A DNA stretch of 64,000 bases from an uncultured delta proteobacterium (lineage in GTDB: Bacteria > Myxococcota_A > Polyangia > Polyangiales > B10-G4), in the NCBI GenBank assembly GCA_963727445.1, contig CAVSGI010000001.1:396-64395 (forward strand), in the 5' to 3' direction. Position numbers and translations under genes: made by a program. Positions 16,903-26,383 of the stretch are shown here, in pieces. The notes under the pieces are model-generated. The model searched no databases. It was not told the DNA's origin and saw only the letters and a program-made list of their open reading frames with translations. The stretch's first letter is position 1; each line of letters opens with the position of its first letter.

Positions 16903-19113
16903 GTGAGCGCCTTCGACCCCGTTCGCTCCGCCGATGATGGCTTTCTCACGGCGCTGAGCCACTTCGTCCCCCGCGGCGCCCGCCGCGGGGCGAAGGATCC
17001 GGTCGCCGACGGCACCTCGCTGACCACCGAAGAGGCCTGGGCGCTCTTCGAGGCCCAGGTGAAGAGCCGCCACCTGGATTTCGCGGCGCGAACGCTGCGG
17101 AAGCTGGGCGCGGGCTACTACACCATCGGCAGCGCGGGCCACGAGGGAAACGCGGCGGTGGCGGCGGCGCTCCGGCCCGACGATCCGGCGCTGCTCCACT
17201 ACCGCTCCGGGGCGTTCTTCCTGCACCGAGCCGCGAGGCATGGAGGTGTCGACGGAGTGCGGGACGTGCTCCTCGGCGTGGTGGCCTCGCGCGAGGAGCC
17301 CATCGCGGGCGGCCGCCACAAGGTCTTCGGGAGCCGCGCGCTGCACATCCCGCCGCAGACCTCGACCATCGCCTCGCACCTGCCGCGCGCGCTCGGGCTG
17401 GCGCTGGCCCTCGAGCGACGCCGGCGCGTGCCCATCGCCGCGCCCTACCCCGACGACGCGATCGTGGTCTGCAGCTTCGGCGACGCATCGGCGAATCACT
17501 CGACCGCCGCCGGCGCGATCAACGCCACGCTGCACACGGCACATCAGGGCCTGGCGGTGCCGCTGCTCTTCGTCTGCGAAGACAACGGCCTCGGGATCAG
17601 CGTGCCCACGCCGAGCGGGTGGATCGAAAAGGCGTACGGAAGCCGACCGGGGCTTCACTACGTGGCCGCCGACGGCTGCGATCTGGTGGAGGCCTTCGAA
17701 GCCGCAGAAGAAGCGGTGCGCTACGTGCGACAGCGGCGGCGGCCGGCGTTCCTCCACCTGGCGACCGTGCGCCTGCTCGGCCACGCCGGCTCCGACATCG
17801 AGATCGCCTATCGCTCGGCTGCGCAGATCCGCGGAGCCGAGGAGCGGGACCCGCTGCGCACGAGCGCGAAGATCCTCGTCGAGGCCGGCGCGGCGAGCCC
17901 CGAGGAGCTGCGCCTCTTCTACGAGCGCATCCGCGCGGAGGTCGGCGAGACCGCGCGCTCGGTGGCGGCGAGCGTGGGGCTCGGGAGCCGCGACGAGGTC
18001 AAAGAGCACCTGAGCGCCGCGGAGGAGGAGTGGGACCTCTCGGGAAGGCCCGCCCGGCCCGCCATCCGCCGCACCTTCCTCGGCAACAAGCTCCCCGAAG
18101 AGCGCGGCGGCCTCACCCTCGCGGAGAGCCTCAACGCCGCCCTCGGCGACATCCTGGCGCGCCACCCCGAAGCGTTGATCCTCGGCGAGGACGTGGGCAA
18201 GAAGGGCGGCGTCTACGGCGTCACGCGCGGCCTTCAGAAGCGCGCGGGCGCGGCGCGCGTCTTCGACAGCATCCTCGACGAGCAGTCCATCCTCGGCGTC
18301 GCCCTCGGCGCCGGCCTGGCGGGCTACCTGCCCATCGCCGAGATCCAGTACCTCGCGTATCTGCACAACGCCATCGACCAGCTCCGCGGCGAAGCGGCGA
18401 CGCTCTCCTTCTTTTCGAAGGGTGCGTACACGAACCCGCTGGTGCTGCGCGTCGCTGGCTACGCCTATCAGAAGGGCTTCGGCGGACACTTCCACAACGA
18501 CAACGCCATCGCCTCACTCCGCGACATCCCCGGCCTGATCCTCGCGTCCCCCTCGAGGCCGGACGACGCGGCAGGGATGCTGCGCGCGTCGGTCGCGGCC
18601 GCACGCACCGGCGCGGTGGTGGTCTTCCTCGAGCCCATCGCGCGCTATCACACGCGCGATCTGTACGAGGAGGGCGACGGCGGGTGGCTCGCGCCCTACG
18701 ACCCGACGTCCATCGTTCCCCCCGGGAGCGCGCGTGTGCACGGCGACGGGACGGACCTCTTGCTGGTGACCTTCGCCAACGGGCTCTTCATGAGCCTGCG
18801 TGCGGCCCGCCGTCTCGCCGAAGAAGGGGTGAAGGCGCGCGTCCTCGACCTCCGCTGGCTCGCCCCGCTGCCGGTCGCGGATCTGCTGCGCGAAGCGGAG
18901 GCGGTCGGCAGGGTGCTCGTGGTGGACGAGACGCGACAGAGCGGCGGCGTCTCGGAGGGCGTGATCAGCGCGCTCGTGGACGCGGGCTTCGCGGGGCCCC
19001 TGAAGCGGGTCACCAGCGATGACAGCTTCGTCCCTCTCGGCCCGGCGGCCGACTACGTGCTTCTGGGGGAAGACGAGATCGCAGCGGCCGCGCGCGCCCT
19101 CGTTTCGGGTTGA
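16903..19113 (+). CDS. Thiamine-diphosphate-dependent 2-oxoacid dehydrogenase E1 component, alpha-beta fusion
   Basis: 736 aa. The N-terminal half is E1-alpha-like (YYTIGSAGHEGNAA..., SFGDASANHSTAAGAINA, LFVCEDNGLGISV). The C-terminal half is transketolase pyrimidine-binding plus C-terminal domain (ILGEDVGKKGGVYGVT..., QYLAYLHNAIDQL, RVLDLRWLAPL). Confidence 0.93.
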   Translation: MSAFDPVRSADDGFLTALSHFVPRGARRGAKDPVADGTSLTTEEAWALFEAQVKSRHLDFAARTLRKLGAGYYTIGSAGHEGNAAVAAALRPDDPALLHYRSGAFFLHRAARHGGVDGVRDVLLGVVASREEPIAGGRHKVFGSRALHIPPQTSTIASHLPRALGLALALERRRRVPIAAPYPDDAIVVCSFGDASANHSTAAGAINATLHTAHQGLAVPLLFVCEDNGLGISVPTPSGWIEKAYGSRPGLHYVAADGCDLVEAFEAAEEAVRYVRQRRRPAFLHLATVRLLGHAGSDIEIAYRSAAQIRGAEERDPLRTSAKILVEAGAASPEELRLFYERIRAEVGETARSVAASVGLGSRDEVKEHLSAAEEEWDLSGRPARPAIRRTFLGNKLPEERGGLTLAESLNAALGDILARHPEALILGEDVGKKGGVYGVTRGLQKRAGAARVFDSILDEQSILGVALGAGLAGYLPIAEIQYLAYLHNAIDQLRGEAATLSFFSKGAYTNPLVLRVAGYAYQKGFGGHFHNDNAIASLRDIPGLILASPSRPDDAAGMLRASVAAARTGAVVVFLEPIARYHTRDLYEEGDGGWLAPYDPTSIVPPGSARVHGDGTDLLLVTFANGLFMSLRAARRLAEEGVKARVLDLRWLAPLPVADLLREAEAVGRVLVVDETRQSGGVSEGVISALVDAGFAGPLKRVTSDDSFVPLGPAADYVLLGEDEIAAAARALVSG

Positions 19114-19146
19114 AAGCCCGCCGATTGGGGTTAGCTTCCGGCGACC

Positions 19147-19590
19147 ATGACTCTCAAGGCACGCATCCTCGAAGACCTCAAGAAGGCGATGCTCGCGAAG
19201 GACGAGCTGACGCGGGACACCCTCCGCATGGTCAAGGCCGACCTCATGAACAAGGAGGTCGAGACCGGCCGCGACGCCACCGACGAGGACACCCTCGGCG
19301 TGCTCGCGCGCGCGGTGAAGACGCGCGAGGACTCGGTGACGCAGTACGACGAAGGCGGCCGCCCGGACGCTGCCGACAAGGAGCGACAGGAGATCGCCGT
19401 GATCCAGCGCTACCTGCCGAAGAAGCTCGGCGAGGCAGAGGTTCAGAGCGAGATCGAGGCGATCGTCTCCGAGCTCGGCCTCAGCGGCAAGAAGGACATG
19501 GGCAAAGTGATGAAGGAGCTCAAGTCCCGCCACGGCGCCGCGATCGACGGGCGAACCGCCTCGAAGCTGGCGGCAGAGATCCTGGGATAG
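19147..19590 (+). CDS. GatB/YqeY domain-containing protein
   Basis: MTLKARILEDLKKAMLAKDELTRDTLRMVKADL...KEIAVIQRYLPK...MGKVMKELK... is the full-length YqeY pattern (147 aa). Confidence 0.9.
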   Translation: MTLKARILEDLKKAMLAKDELTRDTLRMVKADLMNKEVETGRDATDEDTLGVLARAVKTREDSVTQYDEGGRPDAADKERQEIAVIQRYLPKKLGEAEVQSEIEAIVSELGLSGKKDMGKVMKELKSRHGAAIDGRTASKLAAEILG

Positions 19591-19784
19591 TCTGCGCGCT
19601 CGCTACGCCCTACCGGCGTGGACGCGGAAGCCCGCGAGAGCGAACGCGAAGAAGAGCCCGAGAGCGAGCTCATCACATCGCTCTTTGGCGTCACCCCTCA
19701 CGGGTGACACTATCCGGAGACCGTTGACGGCGACGATCTCGCTCGTGCAAACCTAGACCATGGGTCTGCGCAAGAATCGTTCGC

Positions 19785-19819
<35 letters not shown>

Positions 19820-19893
19820 GGAACAAGGCTGGCAGACCCAAACGATGGCAGACGAGGGTTTGTTGGAGCGGCGGCATACCCATCTTCGGGTGG

Positions 19894-21333
19894 ATGATCC
19901 TGCTCGTGGTGTCGGCATGCGTCCCAGATGGCCCCGGCCAGGGCTCGACCAGCGGACTTCACGACGACGGGGGCACGCGAGAAGCGCATGGACCCGGACT
20001 TCCCCATTGCATCAATGACGGACCGCTCGGTCGTCAGGCGATCCCTCGTCGCGTCGTCGTCAACCATGGGCGGGACCATGCCCGGTACGACCTCCCGCCT
20101 CGTGGCCCCTTGTCCATCGAGATGGTCGTCACCGGAATCATGGACCTGGACGTCGAGGGGCCCTCGGCGGATCACCCTGACGAGGTCGAAGCGACGTTGA
20201 ACATCGTCGGTCACGGACGCGCGGTCCTCGGCGCGGGCTCCGACGGCACGCTCACGTATGCCACCTGGCGCGGTCGCGCTCTCGACTTGAGTCGACCGAG
20301 CACCCATTACGCCGACGGAACGCCGATCGATGCGCCCCGCGCGGTCACGCTCGCATCGGACCTCCAGGAACGATTCGATTCGCTCGGACAGGAGCTGGCC
20401 GCGAGTCTTCGGGGATGCCTCGGCGACCCGCCCGAGGATCCGCCTTCGTGCCCCACCAACGGACAAGCAGCACAAGTCGCGGGGTTCGACGTCGGGGGAG
20501 CTTCGTGCGCCGGTTGTTGGGGCGCTGCCCTCACTGAGCTCACTCACTGCTTGTTGGGTGTCGCCGAAGGCTGTGCCGCCTGTGCAGGTGCCGGGCTCTT
20601 TGCCGGCCTGTGTGAGGTGATCTGTCTGGTGGTGGGCTTCCTCGCCTGCATCGCCTTGTACATCTTCTCGATCATTGAATGCCAGAACAGCGAGGCCTGC
20701 TGCCCTGAACGGTGCGATGACAACATGGACTTCATCAACCCCACCCCCCACTGCTGCCATCGGGACTCGACGTGCGTCGATCCCACTCGCGGCCTTTGCT
20801 GCGATCACAGCTGCGGCGGCGGCACCTGCTGCCCGGTGGGCAATACCTGTGCGAGCGACCCGAATCTAGCCGGAAGCCTCGCCTGCGATTCCGCGACGGT
20901 GTGCTGTCCCACAGCGAATGCGTGTGGGGACAGCTGCTGCGCTGAAGCGAACATGTGCGCCGACCAGCTCAACGGACCGTGTTGCGAGGGAACTCGGGGC
21001 AACCCCGGCGGTCCCTGCCCCGGCTCTCCGGGCGACGACTCCACCCCCGCCAACTGCTGCAACCCTGACCAAAGCTGCGCCGACTTCGGCGTGTGCTGTA
21101 AGGCGGGTACGCAGTGTGAGATGCGGGGAACCTGCTGTCCTGACGGCTACCAGTGTGCGACCCCAGATGGGGGATGCTGCCCCGCTGGGACGCACTTCTG
21201 TCCCGACTGCTTCCCGAACGGAGCGTGCTTCGAAGGCGACTGCCCGACATCGGAAACTGGTGAGCCGGTGTTCTGCCTCGAGCGAGGAGGCGTCGAACCG
21301 GTGCCCTCCATGCCTCCGGCGGACGGCCCATGA
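19894..21333 (+). CDS. Cys-rich lipoprotein 'A' (479 aa): N-terminal globular part, a Cys-studded hydrophobic segment, and a C-terminal CC-repeat (granulin-like spacing) region
   Basis: MILLVVSAC lipobox. Hydrophobic stretch LFAGLCEVICLVVGFLACIALYIFSII. C-terminal repeats CCPVGNTC, CCPTANAC, CCAEANMC, CCNPDQSC, CCKAGTQC, CCPDGYQC, CCPAGTHFC. The stop overlaps the next start (ATGA at 21330). Confidence 0.7.
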   Translation: MILLVVSACVPDGPGQGSTSGLHDDGGTREAHGPGLPHCINDGPLGRQAIPRRVVVNHGRDHARYDLPPRGPLSIEMVVTGIMDLDVEGPSADHPDEVEATLNIVGHGRAVLGAGSDGTLTYATWRGRALDLSRPSTHYADGTPIDAPRAVTLASDLQERFDSLGQELAASLRGCLGDPPEDPPSCPTNGQAAQVAGFDVGGASCAGCWGAALTELTHCLLGVAEGCAACAGAGLFAGLCEVICLVVGFLACIALYIFSIIECQNSEACCPERCDDNMDFINPTPHCCHRDSTCVDPTRGLCCDHSCGGGTCCPVGNTCASDPNLAGSLACDSATVCCPTANACGDSCCAEANMCADQLNGPCCEGTRGNPGGPCPGSPGDDSTPANCCNPDQSCADFGVCCKAGTQCEMRGTCCPDGYQCATPDGGCCPAGTHFCPDCFPNGACFEGDCPTSETGEPVFCLERGGVEPVPSMPPADGP

Positions 21334-22013
21334 AAACGCGATGGCTCTGTCTTCATATCATCGCCGCCTTGGCTACGGGTTGTGGCGGAGATGACACGGG
21401 TCCGTTTGATTCCGCCGTTGACAGCGTCGCTGCCGATGACATGTCGGTGGGCGATGCGCTTCGGGATGGCACCGCTGGGGATGCCGGTTCCGATGGTAGT
21501 GGCGTGACCTGCGAAATCGCTCCCACCGTCGACACCTCGTGGTTCGGCGGTTCACTGCTCTACTGTGGATTCGGGACCGAAGCGTGCGGAGCGACCGCGA
21601 CCCCGACCGGGCCGTGCCTCTGCACGCAGGAATGGTCGTCCCCGTCGACGGGCTCGCGCTGCGGTGGCGCCGTCGTCTCTCCGGATGGCTCCCACACGTA
21701 TCTCGCGTCATGTGACCCCCAAAGCGGTACTTGCCGATGCTCGTTCGACGGTGACGAATGCTACTGCCGAGCGAAGCCCGCCCGCCCATGCAGCGACCTC
21801 TGCCAATCGGGTTCGAGGGGATGCCTCTGCGGCACGCTTCCGGATGGCACTCCCTCCAACCGATGCATAGACATGTGCCAAGACGTGCCCGGCCTGGTGG
21901 AGTGCTGCGCAGATCCCGATGCCTCAGGAGCCTGTTTCTGTGATGGCGAACCCCGCTCCGACATCTGCGAGCGCAGCCTGAACTGCTGCTGGACAGGAGG
22001 GAACGAAATCTGA
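21330..22013 (+). CDS. Cys-rich lipoprotein 'B1' (227 aa)
   Basis: MKTRWLCLHIIAALATGC lipobox. About 24 Cys in the mature part (CLCTQEWS, CRCSFDGDECYC, CLCG, CCADPD, CFCDG, NCCWTGGN). Paralog of 23083..23736. Confidence 0.7.
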   Translation: MKTRWLCLHIIAALATGCGGDDTGPFDSAVDSVAADDMSVGDALRDGTAGDAGSDGSGVTCEIAPTVDTSWFGGSLLYCGFGTEACGATATPTGPCLCTQEWSSPSTGSRCGGAVVSPDGSHTYLASCDPQSGTCRCSFDGDECYCRAKPARPCSDLCQSGSRGCLCGTLPDGTPSNRCIDMCQDVPGLVECCADPDASGACFCDGEPRSDICERSLNCCWTGGNEI

Positions 22014-22041
22014 TGGGGGGCGCTGGGCTCGACTGGCAGCG

Positions 22042-22160
22042 CTGCAACCCTGACCAAAGCTGCGCCGACTTCCGTTTTGTCTCGACCGCGGAGGTGTCGA
22101 TCCCGTCCCCTCCATGCCTCCAGCGGATGGCGCGTGAAAACCCTCTGTGCCAACGTGACG
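22042..22160 (+). pseudogene. Decayed duplicate of the A 3' end / B 5' junction
   Basis: 22042-22072 is identical over 31 nt to 21057-21087 (ctgcaaccctgaccaaagctgcgccgacttc). 22073-22160 resembles 21268-21350 (..ccctccatgcctcc[a/g]gcgga.. then GTGAAAAC.. for ATGAAAAC..). About 180 nt of A are missing in between. Confidence 0.6.
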
Positions 22161-23100
22161 TGAGACAGCTTCCATCAGGTAAATAGTGAGGGTGGAGGAG
22201 ATGACGTCAGCATGGATCAACACGTTCACGGATCGGTACAGGGCTCGCCAGGGCCGCGTCTAGGTCACGGCGCTTCATCGACACCTCGCCGGCGCAGATC
22301 TGGGCGACGATGGTCGACGAGGGCGTGTACGTCGCGTCGATGCGCACGATGTACCGTGTCCTGGGCGGCCAGGGCGAAGTCCGGGAGCGTCGCGACCAAC
22401 GCCGTCATCCTCCAGCGATGACGCCAGACGGTCCGAACCAAGCCTGGAGCTGGGACATCACGAAGCTCCGGGGACTACGCCCGTACGAGGCCTTCTACCT
22501 GTACGTGATCCTCGACATCTTCAGTCGCTTCGTCGTGGCGTGGATGCTCGCGAAGCACGAGCGGGCGACGTACGCGACGAATCTCATCGAGCGAGCCTGC
22601 GAGGCGGAGGGGATCGAACCGGGGCAGCTGGTCCTTCACTCCGATCGCGGCTCGCCGATGACCGCGAAGCCCGCGGTCGCGCTCATGGGTCAGCTCGGCA
22701 TCGACCCGAGCTACAGTCGGCCGCGAACGCCGAACGACAACCCGTACAGTGAGTCGCACTTCAAGACCTTGAAGTACCGGCCCGAGTACCCGGGCAGATT
22801 CGGCTCGTACGAGGACGCTCACGCGTACTGCTGCGACCTGTTCCCCTGGTACAACCACGAGCATCGGCACTCCGCGCTCTGCTGGCTCACGCCCGCTGCC
22901 GTCCATCACGGCCGCGCCGATGCCATCCTCGACGCGCGGCAGCGCACCATGCTCGAGGCCTACGATGCGCATCCTGAGCGCTTCGTCCACGGCCCCCCGC
23001 GGGTCCGCCGCCTCCCCGAAGAGGTGTGGATCAACCAGCCGACATCGGCGATTCAGATCGAAGGATCAGCTCACTGAAATTCATGAAACGAGCTGTCTCA
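22161..23100 (+). mobile_element. IS3-family insertion sequence remnant (about 0.94 kb, orfA and the 5' part of orfB deleted)
   Basis: Ends TGAGACAGCT (22161-22170) and AGCTGTCTCA (23091-23100) form a perfect 10-bp terminal inverted repeat (TG...CA). They extend imperfectly to about 30 bp. The element encloses an rve/DDE orfB fragment. No target-site duplication is seen. Confidence 0.75.
22205..23077 (+). pseudogene. IS3-family transposase OrfB (integrase core), 5'-truncated
   Basis: ..RFIDTSPAQIWATMVDEGVYVASMRTMYRVLGGQGEVRERRDQRRHP..PNQAWSWDITKL..FYLYVILDIFSRFVVAWM..LHSDRGSPMTA..SYSRPRTPNDNPYSESHFKTLKY..YNHEHRHSAL. DDE residues are present. There is no OrfA/HTH and no plausible native start. 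Confidence 0.85.
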
Positions 23101-23736
23101 AATTCGTTGACACCTTCCGAAACGCGAGTGTTGTGCCTGCATCTCCTCGCCGCATTGGCTACCGCTTGCGGCGGAGATGACACGTCGGCTCTCGATAGCA
23201 GGACCGGCGACACGACACCCGACGCGGGCAGCGGCGCCTGCGACACGATTCCCGAGGTCGATACGACTTGGTCCGGCGGTTCACTCCTCTACTGCGGATA
23301 CGGAACCGCCTCGTGTGGAGCAACCGCAACACCGGATGGCCCATGCTTGTGTACACAGGAATGGTCGACGCCATACTCCGGACCACATTGCGGCGGAGCC
23401 GTGGTCTCCCCCGATGGCGGCCACACGTACCAAGCATGGTGCAATCCGCGAACCGGCGTGTGCCGCTGCGCCTTCGATGGCGACGAATGCTACTGCCAGG
23501 CACGGCCCGCCCGCGCCTGCAGCGATCTCTGCTCGAGCGACATACGCGGATGCATGTGTGGTGCGTTTCCCGACGGAACGCCTAGAAGCGTGTGTGTTGA
23601 CACGTGTGGCGATCCCGAGCTCGGGCAGTGCTGCCTCGACTCCGACTCACCCAATGTCTGCAATTGCTGGGAACCCCGCTCCGACGTCTGCGAGCGCAGC
23701 CTGAACTGCTGCTGGACGGGCGGGAACGCAATCTGA
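23083..23736 (+). CDS. Cys-rich lipoprotein 'B2', paralog of B1
   Basis: MKRAVSNSLTPSETRVLCLHLLAALATAC lipobox. The mature region aligns with B1, with all Cys conserved (roughly two-thirds identical by eye), and has the same C-terminus ERSLNCCWTGGN. The ATG at 23083 lies inside the IS3 right end. The ancestral ATG position reads TCC. Confidence 0.7.
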   Translation: MKRAVSNSLTPSETRVLCLHLLAALATACGGDDTSALDSRTGDTTPDAGSGACDTIPEVDTTWSGGSLLYCGYGTASCGATATPDGPCLCTQEWSTPYSGPHCGGAVVSPDGGHTYQAWCNPRTGVCRCAFDGDECYCQARPARACSDLCSSDIRGCMCGAFPDGTPRSVCVDTCGDPELGQCCLDSDSPNVCNCWEPRSDVCERSLNCCWTGGNAI

Positions 23737-23829
23737 GACTGCTCGAAACCATGAGCGGCTCTCTGAAGCGGCCCGGAATTAGCGGCGGGCGCGCGTGCCG
23801 GCGCCCCGGATCCGGGGTAGGTTCCCGCG

Positions 23830-24672
23830 GTGCGCCTGTCCGCTCTCGCTCTGGTCGTGGTGGCGCTCGCCCCGGCGAGCGGGGCGCTCGCGTCGGATTT
23901 CTGGGACGAGGTGAAGAGCCCCGGCCTGAGGAGCTACCGGCGTCACCTGGCGGAAGGCCGTGCTGCGGCTGCCGCCGGCCGCTTCGAGGATGCGCTGAGC
24001 GAATCCGCGGTGGCCATCGAGATCATCGAAGAGCGCCCGGACGCATGGATCCTCCGTGGGCGCGCCCTCGGTGAGCTCGGCCGTCTCGACGCGGCGACCG
24101 AAGCCTTCGCCCGCGCTCTCGCGATCGACGACGACGCCCTGTCCACGCCCGAGGAGGGCCGTCACGCAGCTCAGCTCCTCGCGGCGGGTGGGCGCTACGA
24201 TCTCGCGGCGCGCGTCCTGCCGCGCCTCCTCGGACACATGCAGGCGTCGAGCGCGCGCACCGAGCTCTATGCGCTCTATGGAGACGTGCTCTCCGCGCTC
24301 GGCCCGGAGCGACTGGGGGACGCGATCGCCGCCTATCGCGAGGCCGTGCGCCAGACGGGCCGCCACGATCCGCGGGCGGCCCTGGGGCTCGCGCTCTGTC
24401 TTCGCCGGGCGGATCGCGCGGCCGAGGCGCGCGACATCGCGCGCGGCGTGACGACCCGGGGGCACATCGACGGTCTGCTCCACGCGCTGCCGCTCCCCGA
24501 ATCGGAGCGCGCGGCGCGGCGCGCGGTGGCGCTCATGGCCATCGGTGATCGCGAAGGCGCCAAGCAGGCCTGGCGCGACGCATCCGCGGGAGAGTTCTTC
24601 GCGGACGAAGCGCGCGCCGAGCTCGCGGCCCTCGGAGGCCCCACGCGCCCGTCGCGGGAGGACGCAGAATGA
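23830..24672 (+). CDS. Secreted TPR-repeat protein
   Basis: Signal peptide MRLSALALVVVALAPASGALA. Repeated 34-aa-like helical units (AWILRGRALGELGRLDAATEAFARALAID..). GTG start. Confidence 0.65.
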   Translation: MRLSALALVVVALAPASGALASDFWDEVKSPGLRSYRRHLAEGRAAAAAGRFEDALSESAVAIEIIEERPDAWILRGRALGELGRLDAATEAFARALAIDDDALSTPEEGRHAAQLLAAGGRYDLAARVLPRLLGHMQASSARTELYALYGDVLSALGPERLGDAIAAYREAVRQTGRHDPRAALGLALCLRRADRAAEARDIARGVTTRGHIDGLLHALPLPESERAARRAVALMAIGDREGAKQAWRDASAGEFFADEARAELAALGGPTRPSREDAE

Positions 24673-25637
24673 AGCGTGCGCTGGCGCTCGCTTTCGTGGC
24701 GATCCTCGCGAGCCTCTTGCCTGTCCGCGACGCGCGCGCGCAGGAGGTCGACCCCGGCTTCTGGCGCTCGGTGCGCGAGCCCGGATACGGGCGCGCGATG
24801 CATCTGGCGCAGCAGGGCATGTACATCCTCGAGGTGCACGCGCAGCGGCTTCGCGATGGCACCGCAGGGCCGCACGAGCTCAACGCCATCCTCGAGAGCG
24901 CCATCGAGCGCTTCGATCTCGCGCACCGCCTGGCACCGAACGACCCGGTGATCCTCTATCTGCACGCGAGCGCGCTGTCTCAGTGGACCTCGCCCGATGG
25001 TGATCACGGAAAGACGCCGATGGACGACGACGCGCTCGCGATCTTCGAAGAGCTGCGCGAGCTCGACCCCACCTTCCTCGCGGACCGCGTGGCATTCACC
25101 GTCGGCATCATCTACACCCGGGCGCACCGCTTCGCCGAGGCCGCCGACGAATACCGCGTCGCCATCTCGCGTGCGATCGAGTCCGACTCGACCCACTGGT
25201 CGAACCTCGCCGAGGTGACCATGCTCGCGGGCGACGTCGAGGAGGCGGTGCGCCTCTTCGAGCGCTCCATCGAGATCGCAGACGCCATCGGTCAGTCGCG
25301 GGACCTCGCCCTCTGGGGGCTCGCCGTGGCGCTCGATCGCGTGGGCGAGCACCGCCGCGCACTCGAGGTCGCCGACGACGCGCTCACCAACGACCCCGAC
25401 GAGCCGATGGCAGCCCTGCGGAGCGAGGGCGTGTTCTACGAGCCCCCTCACGAGATCTACTGGTATGAAGGCCTCGGCCACGCCGCGCTGGCCCGCCGCG
25501 CCGAGACCGCGGAGAGCCGGGCGCTGCATGAAGCCCAGTCCCGCCAGTCCTTCCGGCGCTATCTCGCGGAGGGCGGCGATGCCTCGCCCTGGGCGGCGCT
25601 GGCCCAGCGCCACGCCGACGGGCTGATCGCTCGCTGA
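24669..25637 (+). CDS. Secreted TPR-like repeat protein
   Basis: Signal peptide MKRALALAFVAILASLLPVRDARA. Helical repeats. The start overlaps the upstream stop (ATGA at 24669). The N-terminal motif D(F/P)(W/GFW)..V..PG is shared with 23830..24672. Confidence 0.65.
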   Translation: MKRALALAFVAILASLLPVRDARAQEVDPGFWRSVREPGYGRAMHLAQQGMYILEVHAQRLRDGTAGPHELNAILESAIERFDLAHRLAPNDPVILYLHASALSQWTSPDGDHGKTPMDDDALAIFEELRELDPTFLADRVAFTVGIIYTRAHRFAEAADEYRVAISRAIESDSTHWSNLAEVTMLAGDVEEAVRLFERSIEIADAIGQSRDLALWGLAVALDRVGEHRRALEVADDALTNDPDEPMAALRSEGVFYEPPHEIYWYEGLGHAALARRAETAESRALHEAQSRQSFRRYLAEGGDASPWAALAQRHADGLIAR

Positions 25638-25676
25638 TTTCTGGACGGATCCGAGCCGGTCGGGCATGGACGAGAG

Positions 25677-26336
25677 ATGCGCCGCGCTCTCCGCGCCAGC
25701 AGGCTCGTCGCCTCGGTGGTCGCCACCTTCATCTATCTCGCCTTCGAGGAAGCGGTGCGGGCCTCCCAGGAGCGCGCCGCCGAAGCCAGAACCGCCCTCG
25801 ACCAGCCCCGCGCCGACGCGACGAATACCCTGTCGGTGCACGATCGCCCCACCCTGCCCGGCACGGTGGAGGCGCCGATCCGAGACCTGGTGGCGATGTC
25901 GCCGGTGATCCGCGTGATCGAGCCCGCCGCTGCGCCTCCCCGCCCCGCGGTGCTCTTCGAGGCCCCCGATGCCCGGGAGCGCGAAGAGCGCGCGCCCGAC
26001 GTGGCCACGCTGCTGTCGACGCTGCGCCGCGACGTCGGCTGCACGACGAAGGCGAACGCCACGCACGAGGCGTGTCGCGCCGCGGAGACCCTCGGCGACC
26101 TCCTGGACCGCGACGCGGTGCTCGAGGCGCTCGAAGAGACCGTCACCGCGGCGCGCCGTCCGGATTGTGTGCGGCGCGCCTCGGCACGCGCCCTCGGACG
26201 ATCGTCCCGCGCCGCGGCCCGGAGCGCGCTCCTGCGCATGCTCGCCGTCGCCAGGGGCCGCGCCGAGTGGAGCGGCAGCCGGACGGAGAAGGATCTGGTC
26301 GCGCTCCTCCTCCGCACCCTCGACGCCGCGGCCTGA
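25677..26336 (+). CDS. Hypothetical membrane-anchored protein with a HEAT-like C-terminal repeat
   Basis: N-terminal anchor LVASVVATFIYLAF. The C-terminus ..EACRAAETLGDLLDRDAVLEALEE..VRRASARALGRS..ALLRML is reminiscent of HEAT/PBS-lyase repeats. The assignment is weak. Confidence 0.45.
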   Translation: MRRALRASRLVASVVATFIYLAFEEAVRASQERAAEARTALDQPRADATNTLSVHDRPTLPGTVEAPIRDLVAMSPVIRVIEPAAAPPRPAVLFEAPDAREREERAPDVATLLSTLRRDVGCTTKANATHEACRAAETLGDLLDRDAVLEALEETVTAARRPDCVRRASARALGRSSRAAARSALLRMLAVARGRAEWSGSRTEKDLVALLLRTLDAAA

Positions 26337-26383
26337 GCGCCCGATAATCCGCGCGCGGGGCGGAAGCGAGCCGAGGAGGGCCG

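Noticed and set aside
16876-18495. 539-aa ORF (-) opposite the E1 fusion gene. Similar long antisense ORFs: 31049..32227 (-), 38532..39953 (+), 53176..55092 (+), 55227..56783 (+), 57873..59468 (-), 60674..62086 (+).
   Set aside because: All lie opposite ORFs with signal peptides or recognisable domains and have Arg/Gly/Ala-dominated wrong-frame composition.
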